From: Octopus vulgaris
Lineage: Eukaryota
Direction of reading: 5' to 3'
Assembly (NCBI GenBank): GCA_951406725.2
Contig: OX597836.1
Location: 1,984,001-2,048,000, forward strand
Length of the DNA: 64,000 nucleotides
Positions 42,907 through 54,890 of the stretch are shown in pieces. The notes beneath the pieces were generated by a model. The model saw only the letters and a program-made list of their open reading frames with translations. It made no database searches and had not been told where the DNA came from. The number at the start of each line of letters is the position of its first letter. Position 1 is the first letter of the stretch. The translations under genes were made by a program, and so were the position numbers.

Positions 42907-43009
42907 TATATGTATATATATGTATATATATATATGTATATATATGTATATACATTTATATATATATATGTATGTATATATGTATACATATATGTATATA
43001 TATATATAC

Positions 43010-43083
<74 letters not shown>

Positions 43084-44002
43084 TCGCATATACATATGCT
43101 TGCGTTGGTGCTCATACGTATGGAGTTATGCAAGCGAGCGTATAAGGTATGTGTTCCTGTATGCGCTCGCCGTTTATACGTGCACGGAATACAGAGTGAA
43201 TATGTCCTTAATACTCCCATAAAGGCGGTAGAGAATTTTAATAATCTATTTATTCATTCTCTGATTCACCAGTGCCAATAAATATAAACTGTCCTCGGTA
43301 ATTGGTTTGGAAAGAAGGGAAACAAATTGGTGTGAAACAGAATAGTAGTAATAACAATAATGTTGTTTTTGTTTTTTTCCCCTTTTTATCCGCCCCTTCC
43401 TAATCCCACTTTAGTTTCTTTGCCTTGTATCTATAGCTTCTCTTCTTATTAATTGCACAAGTGGTGCTTTCCTGCTTAACGTTTAATCACCTTTCCCTTC
43501 TGTCATTTCGAATAACACGAAAACTATAAAAAGAAAAGAACATAGTAATTATAGATTATTGGAAGATGTGTGAGTGTTTGTACGTGTATGTGTGTTTGAG
43601 TGTGTGTGTGTGTGAGAGAGAAAGAGGTTGTGTGTGTCCGTGTGGGTCTTCTTATTTTTTGCTTCTTTCATTGCCTGACAACAAGTGATGATTTGCTAAC
43701 ATTCCCCGTAAAATAGTGGCTGAGGACAGAAAATCGGATGCAACAAGTACCGGGCCTTAAAAATATGTAGGTACTAACTGGGTTCCATGTGATGGATATA
43801 AGATCTCCAATTCTGCCCCTCTGCACTGCTGCAGCACACTGAATGCAACAAAAGACAGAAATTGAGATACATACATCACACGTTTGTGTGCGCATGGGTG
43901 GGGGTGTCGGTGTATGTGTGTGTATGTGTGTGTGAGTGCGTGTGTGTATATATATATATCTGTGCGTGTGTCCGTGTGTGTGTGTGTGTGTGTGTGTACA
44001 TA

Positions 44003-44952
44003 ACAGGTCATTAAAACTGAAATGTCCGATTTTCTGATACACAAAGTTTGCCCAAATTATTTTATCCTGAAAGTTCATTTGCTTTACAACATTCAAGAGT
44101 TACATCATGTTTCGAAATGCAATTCATGGGATCTGATTATATTGTGACTTTTCTCTTGTAAATCAATTTTTGTGAACTCATGTTTAGATTTTTAAAAATT
44201 CATGTTGTTTATGAATATGAGTTCCGTCGTGGAACCAGTGCATCCCAGACAGCTCGAAACATCAATAATGTGTTTGGTGAAGATGTGTCGATGCTTGAAG
44301 AAATTCCGATCTGGTGATTTTACTCTTGAAAATCAGGCTCGTGGTAGACCTAAGACCGACGTGGAAACGATAAAGGAAGCGCATACTTCTCACACTACGC
44401 GTGAATTAGCAGGAAGTTTTGATGTTCCGATTCCAACTGTATTGGACCATCTTAAACAAATCAGCACGGTAAAGAATCTGGACAAACTGGCACAATCGAA
44501 CTGAGCAAGCACCAAATGACACTTCGTCTTGAAACGTGTTATTCTTTGCTGTCACGGCATAAAAGCCAACCATTCTTGCATCGGTTCGTTACGTGTGATA
44601 AAAAGTGGATACTCTACGACAATATCAACCGTTCGGCACATTGTTTGGACGGGGACGAAGTGCCAAAACAACAATCCAAAGAAGAACAATGAACAAAATA
44701 AAAAGATAACGTATACTTTTGGTGGTCCAGCGCTGGTGTCATCCACTGCAGCTTCATGAGACCTGCTAAGTCAATTACAGCGGGTGTATACATCAACCAA
44801 TTAGATGAAACCATGAGTGAACTTGCAATTAAACCACCGAGATTGGTCAATAGATATTGGTAATTTAGGTGCATTCTTTAATTAACTGCTTTTTCTTGAA
44901 ACAAAGTAAAATAAACTTTCGATTAAATCTCTGACATTTAGTTCGTAATGAA

Positions 44953-44956
<4 letters not shown>
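44003..44956 (+). mobile_element. Internally deleted mariner (Tc1/mariner) DNA transposon, Hsmar1/cecropia-like transposase remnant
   Basis: Frameshifted peptides include YEYEFRRGTSASQTARNINNVFGED, KFRSGDFTLENQARGRP, TTRELA, HRFVTCDKKWILYDN and WWSSAGVIHCSFMRP...YINQLDE. Imperfect TIRs are CAGGTCATTA..AAATGTC (44004-44027) and GACATTT..TAATGAACTG (44933-44955), each flanked by TA. The region encoding the second and third catalytic D is deleted. Confidence 0.9.
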
Positions 44957-45017
<61 letters not shown>

Positions 45018-45126
45018 TTATTTATTTATTTATTTAAGGACTCACCTATACAACAGATTTTCCTCTTACTCCTCCTATCCAAAACTGATAACCTCATCCG
45101 AAGAATGCGAACCATCCTCTCACACC

Positions 45127-45178
45127 GTCTCCGATGAAGGGATATAATTAATAAATGACCTGGAAACAGTTGTAAGAC
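45127..45178 (+). ncRNA. Minimal type I hammerhead ribozyme motif (U4C core variant)
   Basis: GTCT-CCGATGA-AGGGATAT...ATGACCTG-GAAA-CAGTTG-TA-AGAC. Stem I is GTCT/AGAC, the triplet is GUA, and stem III is near-palindromic. It lies in a TA-flanked insert at about 45036-45250. Confidence 0.6.
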
Positions 45179-45292
45179 CTTCTATCTATATATGTTCTAA
45201 TATCTATACCGCTTTGGCCTTTTATCTCATTACACAAAAAATTATTTTATATATATACATACATATATTAGAAATATAACATATTTTGATCA

Positions 45293-45340
<48 letters not shown>

Positions 45341-45509
45341 CACACACACACATATCTGTGTGTTTGTGTGTTTGTATACATTGTACCGTCCAGTACCATT
45401 CTTATACGTGTTTCCAGGTTTGTGTTTCTGCATCTGTCGCGTGTGAATATATAATTAGAAAAAAATGGAGAAAACAAGAAGGAATGATGTTGGACATTTT
45501 ATCTTTTTA

Positions 45510-45608
45510 ATCACAACAATTGTTTCCACGCGACGTAGCTCTCCAGGCGTGCAGGTACTTCATTATGCAACTGTTTCCCTTCATCATAGTTGTGTTTCGT
45601 CAGGCGAT
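45510..45608 (-). ncRNA. Type I hammerhead ribozyme motif (Penelope/retrozyme-like) with long stem II domain
   Basis: Minus strand: ATCGC-CTGACGA-[70 nt; ACACAAC/GTCGCGT closing stem]-GAAA-CAATTG-TT-GTGAT. Stem I ATCGC/GTGAT is fully paired, the core is intact, the cleavage triplet is GUU, and stem III ACAATTGT is palindromic. Confidence 0.7.
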
Positions 45609-45750
45609 ATGTTAATATTGTCTCCGTAAGTTCAAAATTCTTCGTTTCCAATCTGAAACAGAAGATCAATAATAAAAGAATGAACATTTAGTACACAATC
45701 CGGCTAAAGTATCCGGCCAATTTTTTTATATACATATATATATATATATA

Positions 45751-45868
<118 letters not shown>

Positions 45869-45914
45869 GTATATGTATATATGTAAATATATATATATAT
45901 ATGCATGAGTGTAT

Positions 45915-46136
45915 GTGTTTGTGTGTCTGTGTTTGTCCCCCTAGCATTGCTTGACAACCGATGCTGGTGTGTTTATGTCCTCGTCACTTAGCGGTTCGGC
46001 AAAAGAAACCGATAGAATAAGTACTAGGCTTACAAAGAATAAGTCCCGGGGTCGATTTGCTCGACTAAAAGGCGGTGATCCAGCATGGCCGCAGTCAAAT
46101 GACTAAAACAAGTAAAAGAGTAAAAAAAAAGAGTAA
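45915..46136 (+). mobile_element. SINE family B 3' half
   Basis: GCTTGACAACCGATGCTGGTGTGTTT...GATAGAATAAGTACTAGGCTTACAAAGAATAAG...GGCGGTGATCCAGCATGGCCGCAGTCAAATGACT...GTAAAAGAG. It starts right after a microsatellite. Confidence 0.9.
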
Positions 46137-47592
46137 TACATATATATATATATATATTTGTGTGCGTGTCTATACATACCTACGTATGTACATGCATACA
46201 TACATACATGCATTGAAAAATATTGTTATATATAGAGAGAGAGGTAGAAAGAAAGTGAGACAAAGATTCAGAGAGAGATTGAAAGATATTCATCTTCTGC
46301 CAAAACGTTTTATACTCTCCTCTCTCTTGTTGGTGCAAACGGCTTCAGTAGCATATCGACACGGCGACATGTTTTCCCTTCTGATCTGTAAAATTCGATG
46401 TGTTTCTTGCTTCAGTCAACTCATTTAGCTCCTTGCAGGTGTTCCTCATTAGTAACAACCTGTCTTTAATGATACAACAAAAGTCGAACGACTGAAGCTA
46501 CATATCATCATACTTGAGGTGAAGCACAAATGAGTGAAATAACATTGAGTGTGCTACAGGCAGAACATTAGTGAACTACAGACATTTCTCTTAAGGTACG
46601 TACTGACATCATTACAATAACAAATTTGTTGAGCAGACTCCAAGTTTCCATGGAAATCGATATTGATCAATAAAACTCCCTCCTGTCAATAACATTTCCA
46701 CTATTGTTATATACACATATGTAAATAATACATGTAAATGTCAAACTGAATAACAACAATAAACACATCAATGGCTGTTATCAGGTTTAGAGGCGAAAAA
46801 TATATGGCTACGCACGCACACACACATATATACATGCAAGCAAACACACGCACACAAGCACTCATAACTGTACACATCGGTGTATCGGTACCTATATCTA
46901 TCGACGTACAACACACGCACACAAACAGTTATATATATATAGATATATATATATATAAATGCGTGTGTGTGTGTACATATTATATATATATATGTATACA
47001 AAAATTGAAGGGAGAGTCAGAGAAAAAGCGAACGAATGGCGTCAGACATAAAGAGAAGGAATAACTGTATTTTCCAAATTTATAGCAATGCTGGAATTTC
47101 CCATGTGAGTAATATGATGGCACGCAAAAGAATGACTAGACGGTCGATAGTTTTTGTGGGACCCAGAATACATTATATACTAAATGTTAGCTGGCCGGAA
47201 TTCACAACGTAATAGGAAAAAATACACATATATTTCGAGAATCAATTTGACAGGAGAAAATGTCCGTTATATAAGCAATTTCGATGAATTACTATACGAT
47301 TCAACTATATCTGTAGGCGATGGGAATTCTGTCAGTACACTCTAGGAAATGTATATATATAGACGCTAACACAGGCACATAAAAACACATATATTTGCAT
47401 ACATACACACATACATGCATACATACATATATAGGTGTTTATATATAAATAATATATATATATATATATATTGCCTGACCTTCTAATTGTTGTTTCTCCT
47501 GTTCGCCTTTGTATCGTCTATCTGTCCGAATGTTTTATTGTCCTCTATTGCATTTTTATTCCATATATATGCATATATATATATATATATAT

Positions 47593-47663
<71 letters not shown>

Positions 47664-47695
47664 TGTGTGCTGTATATATATATATGTGTGTAAAG

Positions 47696-47727
<32 letters not shown>

Positions 47728-47728
<1 letters not shown>

Positions 47729-48070
47729 TAATATTCGTAGTCACTTTAACATGGCTGTCTAAGCGGACATCTACAAGAGAACATCTCCTCTAGCTGCTAA
47801 ACTTTGCATAGCCGCATCCGAAAAAGTTGCGACGGGACCAGCATGACAGACATGGTTTCGAGCTATTTCGGCCACCCCAAGTTCTACGAATCTCGTCTGC
47901 GAGAGATGACAGCATCTCGCTCCTGCGTCCAATCTATATATATATATTTCAAGCGAACAGACAGTCGCTAATTTTGCAACAGGCAAAAATGCTTCTTCTT
48001 AAGAGATCAAAGCAATCGATGTGCGCATAAGTAATATTTGTTGCCATGTTAAAATTGCTACGAATATTAC
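47728..48070. mobile_element. Inverted-repeat non-autonomous DNA element (MITE or Helentron/DINE-like)
   Basis: The 28-bp terminal inverted repeats are GTAATATTCGTAGTCACTTTAACATGGC (47728-47755) and GCCATGTTAAAATTGCTACGAATATTAC (48043-48070), 25/28 matched. An extra partial copy at 48031-48044 forms a terminal hairpin. Confidence 0.7.
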
Positions 48071-48154
48071 ATGTCAGTTCATCTAACGCGTTGACCTGTT
48101 AGAGAAACAGAGTTAAGCTATCATTTCTACTTATATATTTATGTATATGTACAT

Positions 48155-48220
<66 letters not shown>

Positions 48221-48264
48221 GAGAAAGAAGCAACAAGAATGGATTAGTTTTTAGTACAATTTTG

Positions 48265-48313
<49 letters not shown>

Positions 48314-48733
48314 GCATATACACATAGAGACCCAAATAATATATATATATATATATATATGTGTATGTGTGTATCTATATGGGTCTGTGTCCTTTTGTAT
48401 GTTTGTGTGTACAGGGCTGGTAGTGCTGCAGTGGAAACTACCGGTGGCGGTGTGTTTTTAGAAATGAACTGTTTTAATGGGTTTCGATGCTTGAGACATG
48501 GCATATCTACTTTACCTGCGATCGCCAAACGAATTGCGAATGAATTTCGTACTCGGAACTGGGAAATACTTCGTACTTTCGACACTCACAAACGTGTACA
48601 CTCACACACACAATGAAACCCCACCGCATATATGTATATATGAAGGCATATACGTACGCATATATATATATTATATATATATATATATATATATGTATAT
48701 GTATATATATGTATATATATATGTATAAATATA

Positions 48734-48779
<46 letters not shown>

Positions 48780-48799
48780 GTATACGCACACACACACAG

Positions 48800-48834
<35 letters not shown>

Positions 48835-48853
48835 CGTATACGCACACACACAG

Positions 48854-48888
<35 letters not shown>

Positions 48889-49797
48889 CTTACATACATA
48901 CATACCTACATACATAATGTAAGATTTCCCATTATAATCTTATGCTTTTATAAGGAATCGTTATCTAACCAGATTACAAGAAATACCACTCCAGCACGCT
49001 CAGTGAATGGAAGCCTATTATTTCTAAGAACTTTTCCGAGTAATAGTCAAGTCTAACGTGATCAAAGTAATAGTTTTTAGTAGATGTCGGAAAAAAAAAT
49101 ATTTTCATGAAACAGGAAAAATGGATCTTAGAATTTCCAAATAAAAAGAATTGTTTTTGTAGAAAAATCAAAAGAAAACCAACAGCAAATCTGTGCACGA
49201 CAGCAAAAATATATTTCTTCAGTAGAAACATGTTGCTGCATGGAAACAACAACAAATGAAAAGCTTGGATATGGATTCATGCTGCAAAAAATGTCACCAA
49301 AATGTTGCTGCAACATAGATATTGCAAGACAGTCGAAGAAGAAATTAAATACGAATTACGCTGAATTCTGAAAATTGTATCAAAAGCAAACTGAATATTA
49401 TCATCAATATGTCACTGTGTGATTGTTATACCTCATGTTATGCAGGAAAAGAAAATTGTCGGAAAAAAAAATTATGAAGTGATATGCGGAAAATGAGAAA
49501 GTAGCACGCCGAGTGCTGTGTATTTAATCGGTAAGAAAACAGATGTGACAAACATGAAAAATGACGTCTTTGAAAAAAATGAATAATGGCTCTACTTTAT
49601 GGTAGAGTTATATTAGCTCTACCATAAACTCACTGATGAAAATTCTTTAAATATTTCTATTTATTTATGGCACACAAAGAAGACCATTACTGCATTCTTT
49701 TTCTCTATCTTCGTATCTATAAACTGATTGTTTCTGTATGATATTATGTTGCGTCAATATTGAGCAAAAATTAATCACATTATTTCTGCACAGCGAA

Positions 49798-50005
49798 GTC
49801 GGTGAGATGGCGTAGCTGTTAGCGTGACACACAGAATGCTTAACGGTATTTAGTCCCGCTTTAAACGTAATGATTTCAAATACCGCCGAGCTCAGTTATG
49901 CCCCTCGTCGTTTCGGCGATGATATAATAATATAACAATAAAGTACTGGGATTATGTAATCAGTTCAACCATCACCCCAAATTACTGGCCTCTTGACAAG
50001 ATTTG
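49798..50005 (+). mobile_element. SINE family A, diverged
   Basis: GTCGGTGAGATGGCGTAG..GTTAGC head, AATGCTTAACGGTATTT, TTCAAATACCGCCGAG and tail GGCCTCTTG. Confidence 0.7.
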
Positions 50006-50077
50006 AATTCAATTCACTGTCGAATTTATACAATTCAATTTATACAAATCAAAGCTGGACAGAAATGGAAAGCACAA

Positions 50078-50371
50078 AGCCACAAGCACATCGACCTGGT
50101 CGGCTGACACTAAAAGAATAAGAAGCGGTAACGGGCGCAGAAATTTACCAGAAAAAGTCAGTGGGCTTGCCGCTCGGTACTTGGAGAATCAAGCCCATGC
50201 CGCCCAACAGCATATCCATCGTGGGACGCTGCACCGAGGGACCGGTTAAATTGCTCGGAGTTTGGTTCGGTCCGGACCTGCAAATGGAGAAGAACTGGAG
50301 CGAAATAACGACTAGGGTGGCCACTCTCACCCTGTAATGGGCCGGGAGGAAGCTATCCCTAAAAGGTCGGG
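50078..50371 (+). mobile_element. Tx1/L1-clade non-LTR retrotransposon fragment (end of RT domain and thumb)
   Basis: The frame starting at 50101 reads TLKE*EAVTGAEIYQKKSVGLPLGTWR...EGPVKLLGVWFGPDLQMEKNWSEITTRVATLTL*WAGRKLSLKGR. This matches the L1/Tx1 pattern YExxSGxxINxxKS...KxLGV...NW...W..RxLSLxGR. It has two in-frame stops and is not in the ORF track. Confidence 0.85.
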
Positions 50372-50959
50372 ATATATATATATTTAAGCAGGCCCTGCTT
50401 TATTATATATTATATACCCTACAGCTTGGCTTCCAGCTAAATGTACAATATACACATAAAACGATTTTATGATGTTTGATTAAATGTACAGAGAGATAGA
50501 TAGAACTATAAATAATACACAATATTTTTTTTTTAAATTCTGACTTTATATTCCGGATTTATGAATATTGTAGTAATATTTCATGTCTGTTCCGGCAAAA
50601 CATGGAATTACACAGAATATGAGACACGACCATGGGACTTTGAACTCTTCCATAATTCTTCAGTGATGACTGGACCCTCTCCAATTTTCGTATCTTTTCC
50701 ATCTTAGCTACTCAAATTTACGTCCTGAAAGGTCACCGTCCCTTGTGAGGAAATGTGTTTATTTACAAATATGTTGATAAGTATACAATGGGAAAGAAGA
50801 GGAAAAATAGAGAACGAAAAGAAAGAAAAGAAACAGTTTAAATGCTTTGTAATAAAAATTTCTGAGTTGACCACGTCAAATTGAAAAGAGGCTTCTCTCT
50901 CCCTCTCTTTATCTGTCTATCTTTCTGTCAATCCATCCATCCATCCATGCATCTCCCTA

Positions 50960-51256
50960 TTGATCGTTTTTTTTTCCTCTTCCCCTTTTTTTCCCCTTTT
51001 TTCTTCTTTTTTCATTTCTCTTTTCTTTTGTTCCTTTTCCTTTTCTTTTTTTTCTTTTTCTTTTTTCTTTTTTCTTTTATTTATTAATTTTTTTTGTTCT
51101 TTTCTTCCCTTTTACGATCCCTCTCGATCGAAAACCTACGCCACCCCTTTTTTTGTTTCTTTTGTTTTTTTGTTTTTTTCATCCCCCAAAAGAAAAGCTC
51201 TACCTTGTAACTTGTCCCATCTGTGTGCAGCCCTGTGTGGCCAATAAAGAAACTTA
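50960..51256 (+). mobile_element. Putative non-LTR (Tx1/L1-like) 3'UTR and tail fragment
   Basis: A pyrimidine-rich tract is followed by ...CCTTGTAACTTGTCCCATCTGTGTGCAGCCCTGTGTGGCCAATAAAGAAAC (with AATAAA), then directly by (TATC)n. The tail is similar to SINE family A tail 1. Assignment to Tx1 is inferred from proximity and strand. Confidence 0.5.
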
Positions 51257-51283
51257 TCTATCTACCTATCTACCTATCTATCA

Positions 51284-51349
<66 letters not shown>

Positions 51350-51690
51350 TTATCTATCTAGCTATCTATCTATCTATGTATATCTATCTATCATTTCCCT
51401 ATCCTTTGTTAATACCCCCTTCCTTGAATATCTCTCTCTGTCTATTTTCTATCCCTTCTTTGATTTTCTTTCTCTTTTTCCAAAATACAAAACAATTTTT
51501 ATCTTCTAAACAAAACAAATACGAACAACGAAACGTTCTATTTTTAACATTTTGATTATGTCTTGAGAGTTCCATAAAAGAAAGAAAGCGCGGATAAAGA
51601 ATTATCCAAAATTCTAACTGCCTCCTTTTTTTCCAATATACGATATCTGTACACCACTTCAAACACTTTATACATAAATAATTTATATAT

Positions 51691-53154
51691 ATATCAGCAA
51701 GGTCATGGAATGAATAGTTAGAACGAATAGTTAGAAGAAAACTAATCACCTTCCTTGAAGAAAATGACTTGCTGCCTGACACCCAACATGGTTTCCGACC
51801 AGGAAGAAGCTGCTTAACTCAGCTCCTACAACACTATGACTGGGTGCTGAAACAACTGCTCAACCACTCAAATGTGGAAGTCATATATCTCGTCTTAGCA
51901 AAGGCCTTCGATAAAGACGATCATGGAATGATATGTCACAAACTGCGTGATCTTGGCATAGTTGGAAAACTGGGAGAATGGCTTCATGACTTTCTGAAGA
52001 ATAGAAGTCAGGTGGTAGCAGCCAATGGGGCCACTTCCATTAACACGCAAATAGTGAGCGGTGTTCCGCAGGGCACTGTTTTGGGACCACTACTGTTCAT
52101 AATGGCCCTCTCAGACATGCCCTCAGCCACGCAGAGAGCCACGATCACAAGTTATGCAGATGATACAAAAGTTTCACAGGCAATACAGAACCCTGAAGAC
52201 ACTAAGCACCTGCAATGTGAGCTGGACGAAATATAAAGTGGGCTGAAAAGAATAGCATGCAGTTCAATGCTGAAAAGTTTCAAGCTTTACACTATCAGCA
52301 TGCAAAACTGAATGCAATACCCAATGAATACACTGGACCCGGAGGGATTGCAATCCCGGAGGCACAATCAGTGCGTGACCTGGGTATTCACATGAGTGAT
52401 GACGCGACCTTTCATGTACATGTTGCTAAACTGACAATGAAATGTAGACGGCTGGCTGGATGGATTCTTAGAACCTTTAGAACAAGAGAACAAGAAACCA
52501 TGATGGTCCTCTGGAAGACACTTGTCCTAAGCCACTTTGACTATTGCTCTCAGCTATGGTCACCATCCAGTGTCAAGTTGATCACAGAACTTGAGGCGAT
52601 CCAACGAAGCTACACGAAGAAGATAGCCTCTGTGCAGCATATGAGCTACTGGGAAAGACTCAAGAGATTAAAGCTCTATTCCCTGGAGCGTAGGCGAGAA
52701 AGATATGCCATAATATATATCTGGAAGATCCTGGAAGGTCTTGTCCCAGACTTTGGCATCGAGAGTCACACAAATGCCAGAACCGGACGCCACTGCGTAG
52801 TACCAAGGACTCCAAATTTGCCATCAAGATGTAGGACAAGATATTGTGATAGCCTGGGCTTCAGAGGCCCACGGCTCTTCAATATCCTCCCGATGAACCT
52901 GAGGGACCTACATGGTGTAGATGCGGATGTCTTTAAAGCAGGACTGGATCTCTTCCTGTCAGGTGTCCCGGATGAACCAACTTCATGGCAGGAGGTGCAG
53001 ATGAGGGCAGCTGCATCGAACTCTCTCATGCATCAGATGGCGTTTGCTAAAAAGCATCCGTGAGGTAAAACCGTGTAGCAAACCAAATGGCGGTGCCCCA
53101 GCATGGCCACAGCTCATTAGCTGAAACTGGAAAAATCAAAATCAAATCAAAATC

Positions 53155-53155
<1 letters not shown>
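51691..53155 (+). mobile_element. 5'-truncated CR1-group LINE: RT domain, C-terminal region, 3'UTR and (AAATC)n-like tail
   Basis: The translation contains QHGFRPGRSCLTQL, LAKAFD, SGVPQGTVLGPLLF, YADDTK, MQFNAEKF, VRDLGI, DYCSQLWSP and LYSLERRRERY, typical of CR1-group RTs. Homology starts about 51691 (ISKVME.IV) with a 13-bp duplication gaa[t/c]gaatagtta at 51708-51733. The element ends in a stem-loop CAGCT-CATT-AGCTG and AAAATC/AAATC repeats at 53131-53155. Confidence 0.93.
51769..53063 (+). pseudogene. Reverse transcriptase ORF2 remnant of the LINE, broken by a 1-bp deletion near 52235
   Basis: ORFs 51769-52236 and 52257-53063 join if one base is restored in ATA TA- AAG TGG GCT GAA AAG AAT AGC ATG (I-Y-K-W-A-E-K-N-S-M). 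The YADD catalytic motif is intact. The endonuclease domain is absent. Confidence 0.9.
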
Positions 53156-53215
<60 letters not shown>

Positions 53216-53539
53216 TGTATGTATGGATCTATATACATATCATTATATATGAATGTTTCAAATCATCCTATAATGGAATAAGACACAGAGTAAATGTGAG
53301 TCTATAAATGTGTGTCTGTGACATTTCTCAGTAGTTCACTGACAAATCACACTAAGCTGAAACAGTATGTTTATACATATAGAGAAGAAATATGAAATAT
53401 TGATGTATACAGTGTTTCATTGTAAAATTGTAACATTTTGATTTACTTCAAATGGAAAACAGATATTCTTCACACAGCTATTTTCGTCCTTCTCTTGCAA
53501 ACGCAAGCAAGAATAGTGACTCAGTCAACATATTGAATA

Positions 53540-53634
<95 letters not shown>

Positions 53635-53841
53635 CAAAAAAAACATTCTGTAAGATTCATTTACTTACATCATTCCGGATCTTATCTTCACGTTTATATA
53701 TGCATGTATGTGTGTTTGTTTCTTTCTCTGTGTGCATATGTGTGTACGTGTTCATGCGTATATAATATGTATATCTATCTATCTACCTATTTATCTCTAA
53801 TGTATCTATCTATCCTATCTATCTATCTCTCTATCTCTCTC

Positions 53842-53882
<41 letters not shown>

Positions 53883-54148
53883 ATATATATATCTATCTAT
53901 CTATCTGTCTATCTATCTGTATGTATGTATGTATATGAGACTGTGTTTGTGTGTATGTGTAAACGTGTGCATATCTATATGCACATGAATCAAAATACGG
54001 TTATATATTTTCGGGAGTTAGAGATTAACATAGAAAATATCTACATATAGAATTCTTTATTTATTCTTCTTGACACGCACAAACACAAACACCTAGTTTG
54101 CAATCACACTTTGAAGATAAAAATACATGCACACGTAAGAAAACCATA

Positions 54149-54218
<70 letters not shown>

Positions 54219-54606
54219 CACAGATACATTCACAAAGCCATTCCTATACATCGCCATAAACTTGTAGAAGCAACAAATCCTAGAGACGTTTCTATCTAAA
54301 TTGATGCATAGTTTTCGTAAATAAATGGGAAAGCATCTGAATGCTAAGCCTGGATTTCTCGCCAAATCCATTCGCTTTTCATTTGCTGACAAATTCTTCT
54401 TAGTTGATTATTTATGTCATGCAATTCGTTGCCGCCAAATGTGACGTGTCAATAACAGTCTATGTCAATAAAACAACGTACTGGATGCTGTGCGTCCCAT
54501 CAATCTATATATGAACATTTATTTCGAGTTATCTCTGACAGCCTGTGTACAATGCTGTGCACACGTATGAATGACTACCCATCTATCCATTTATCTATCC
54601 ATCAAT

Positions 54607-54890
<284 letters not shown>

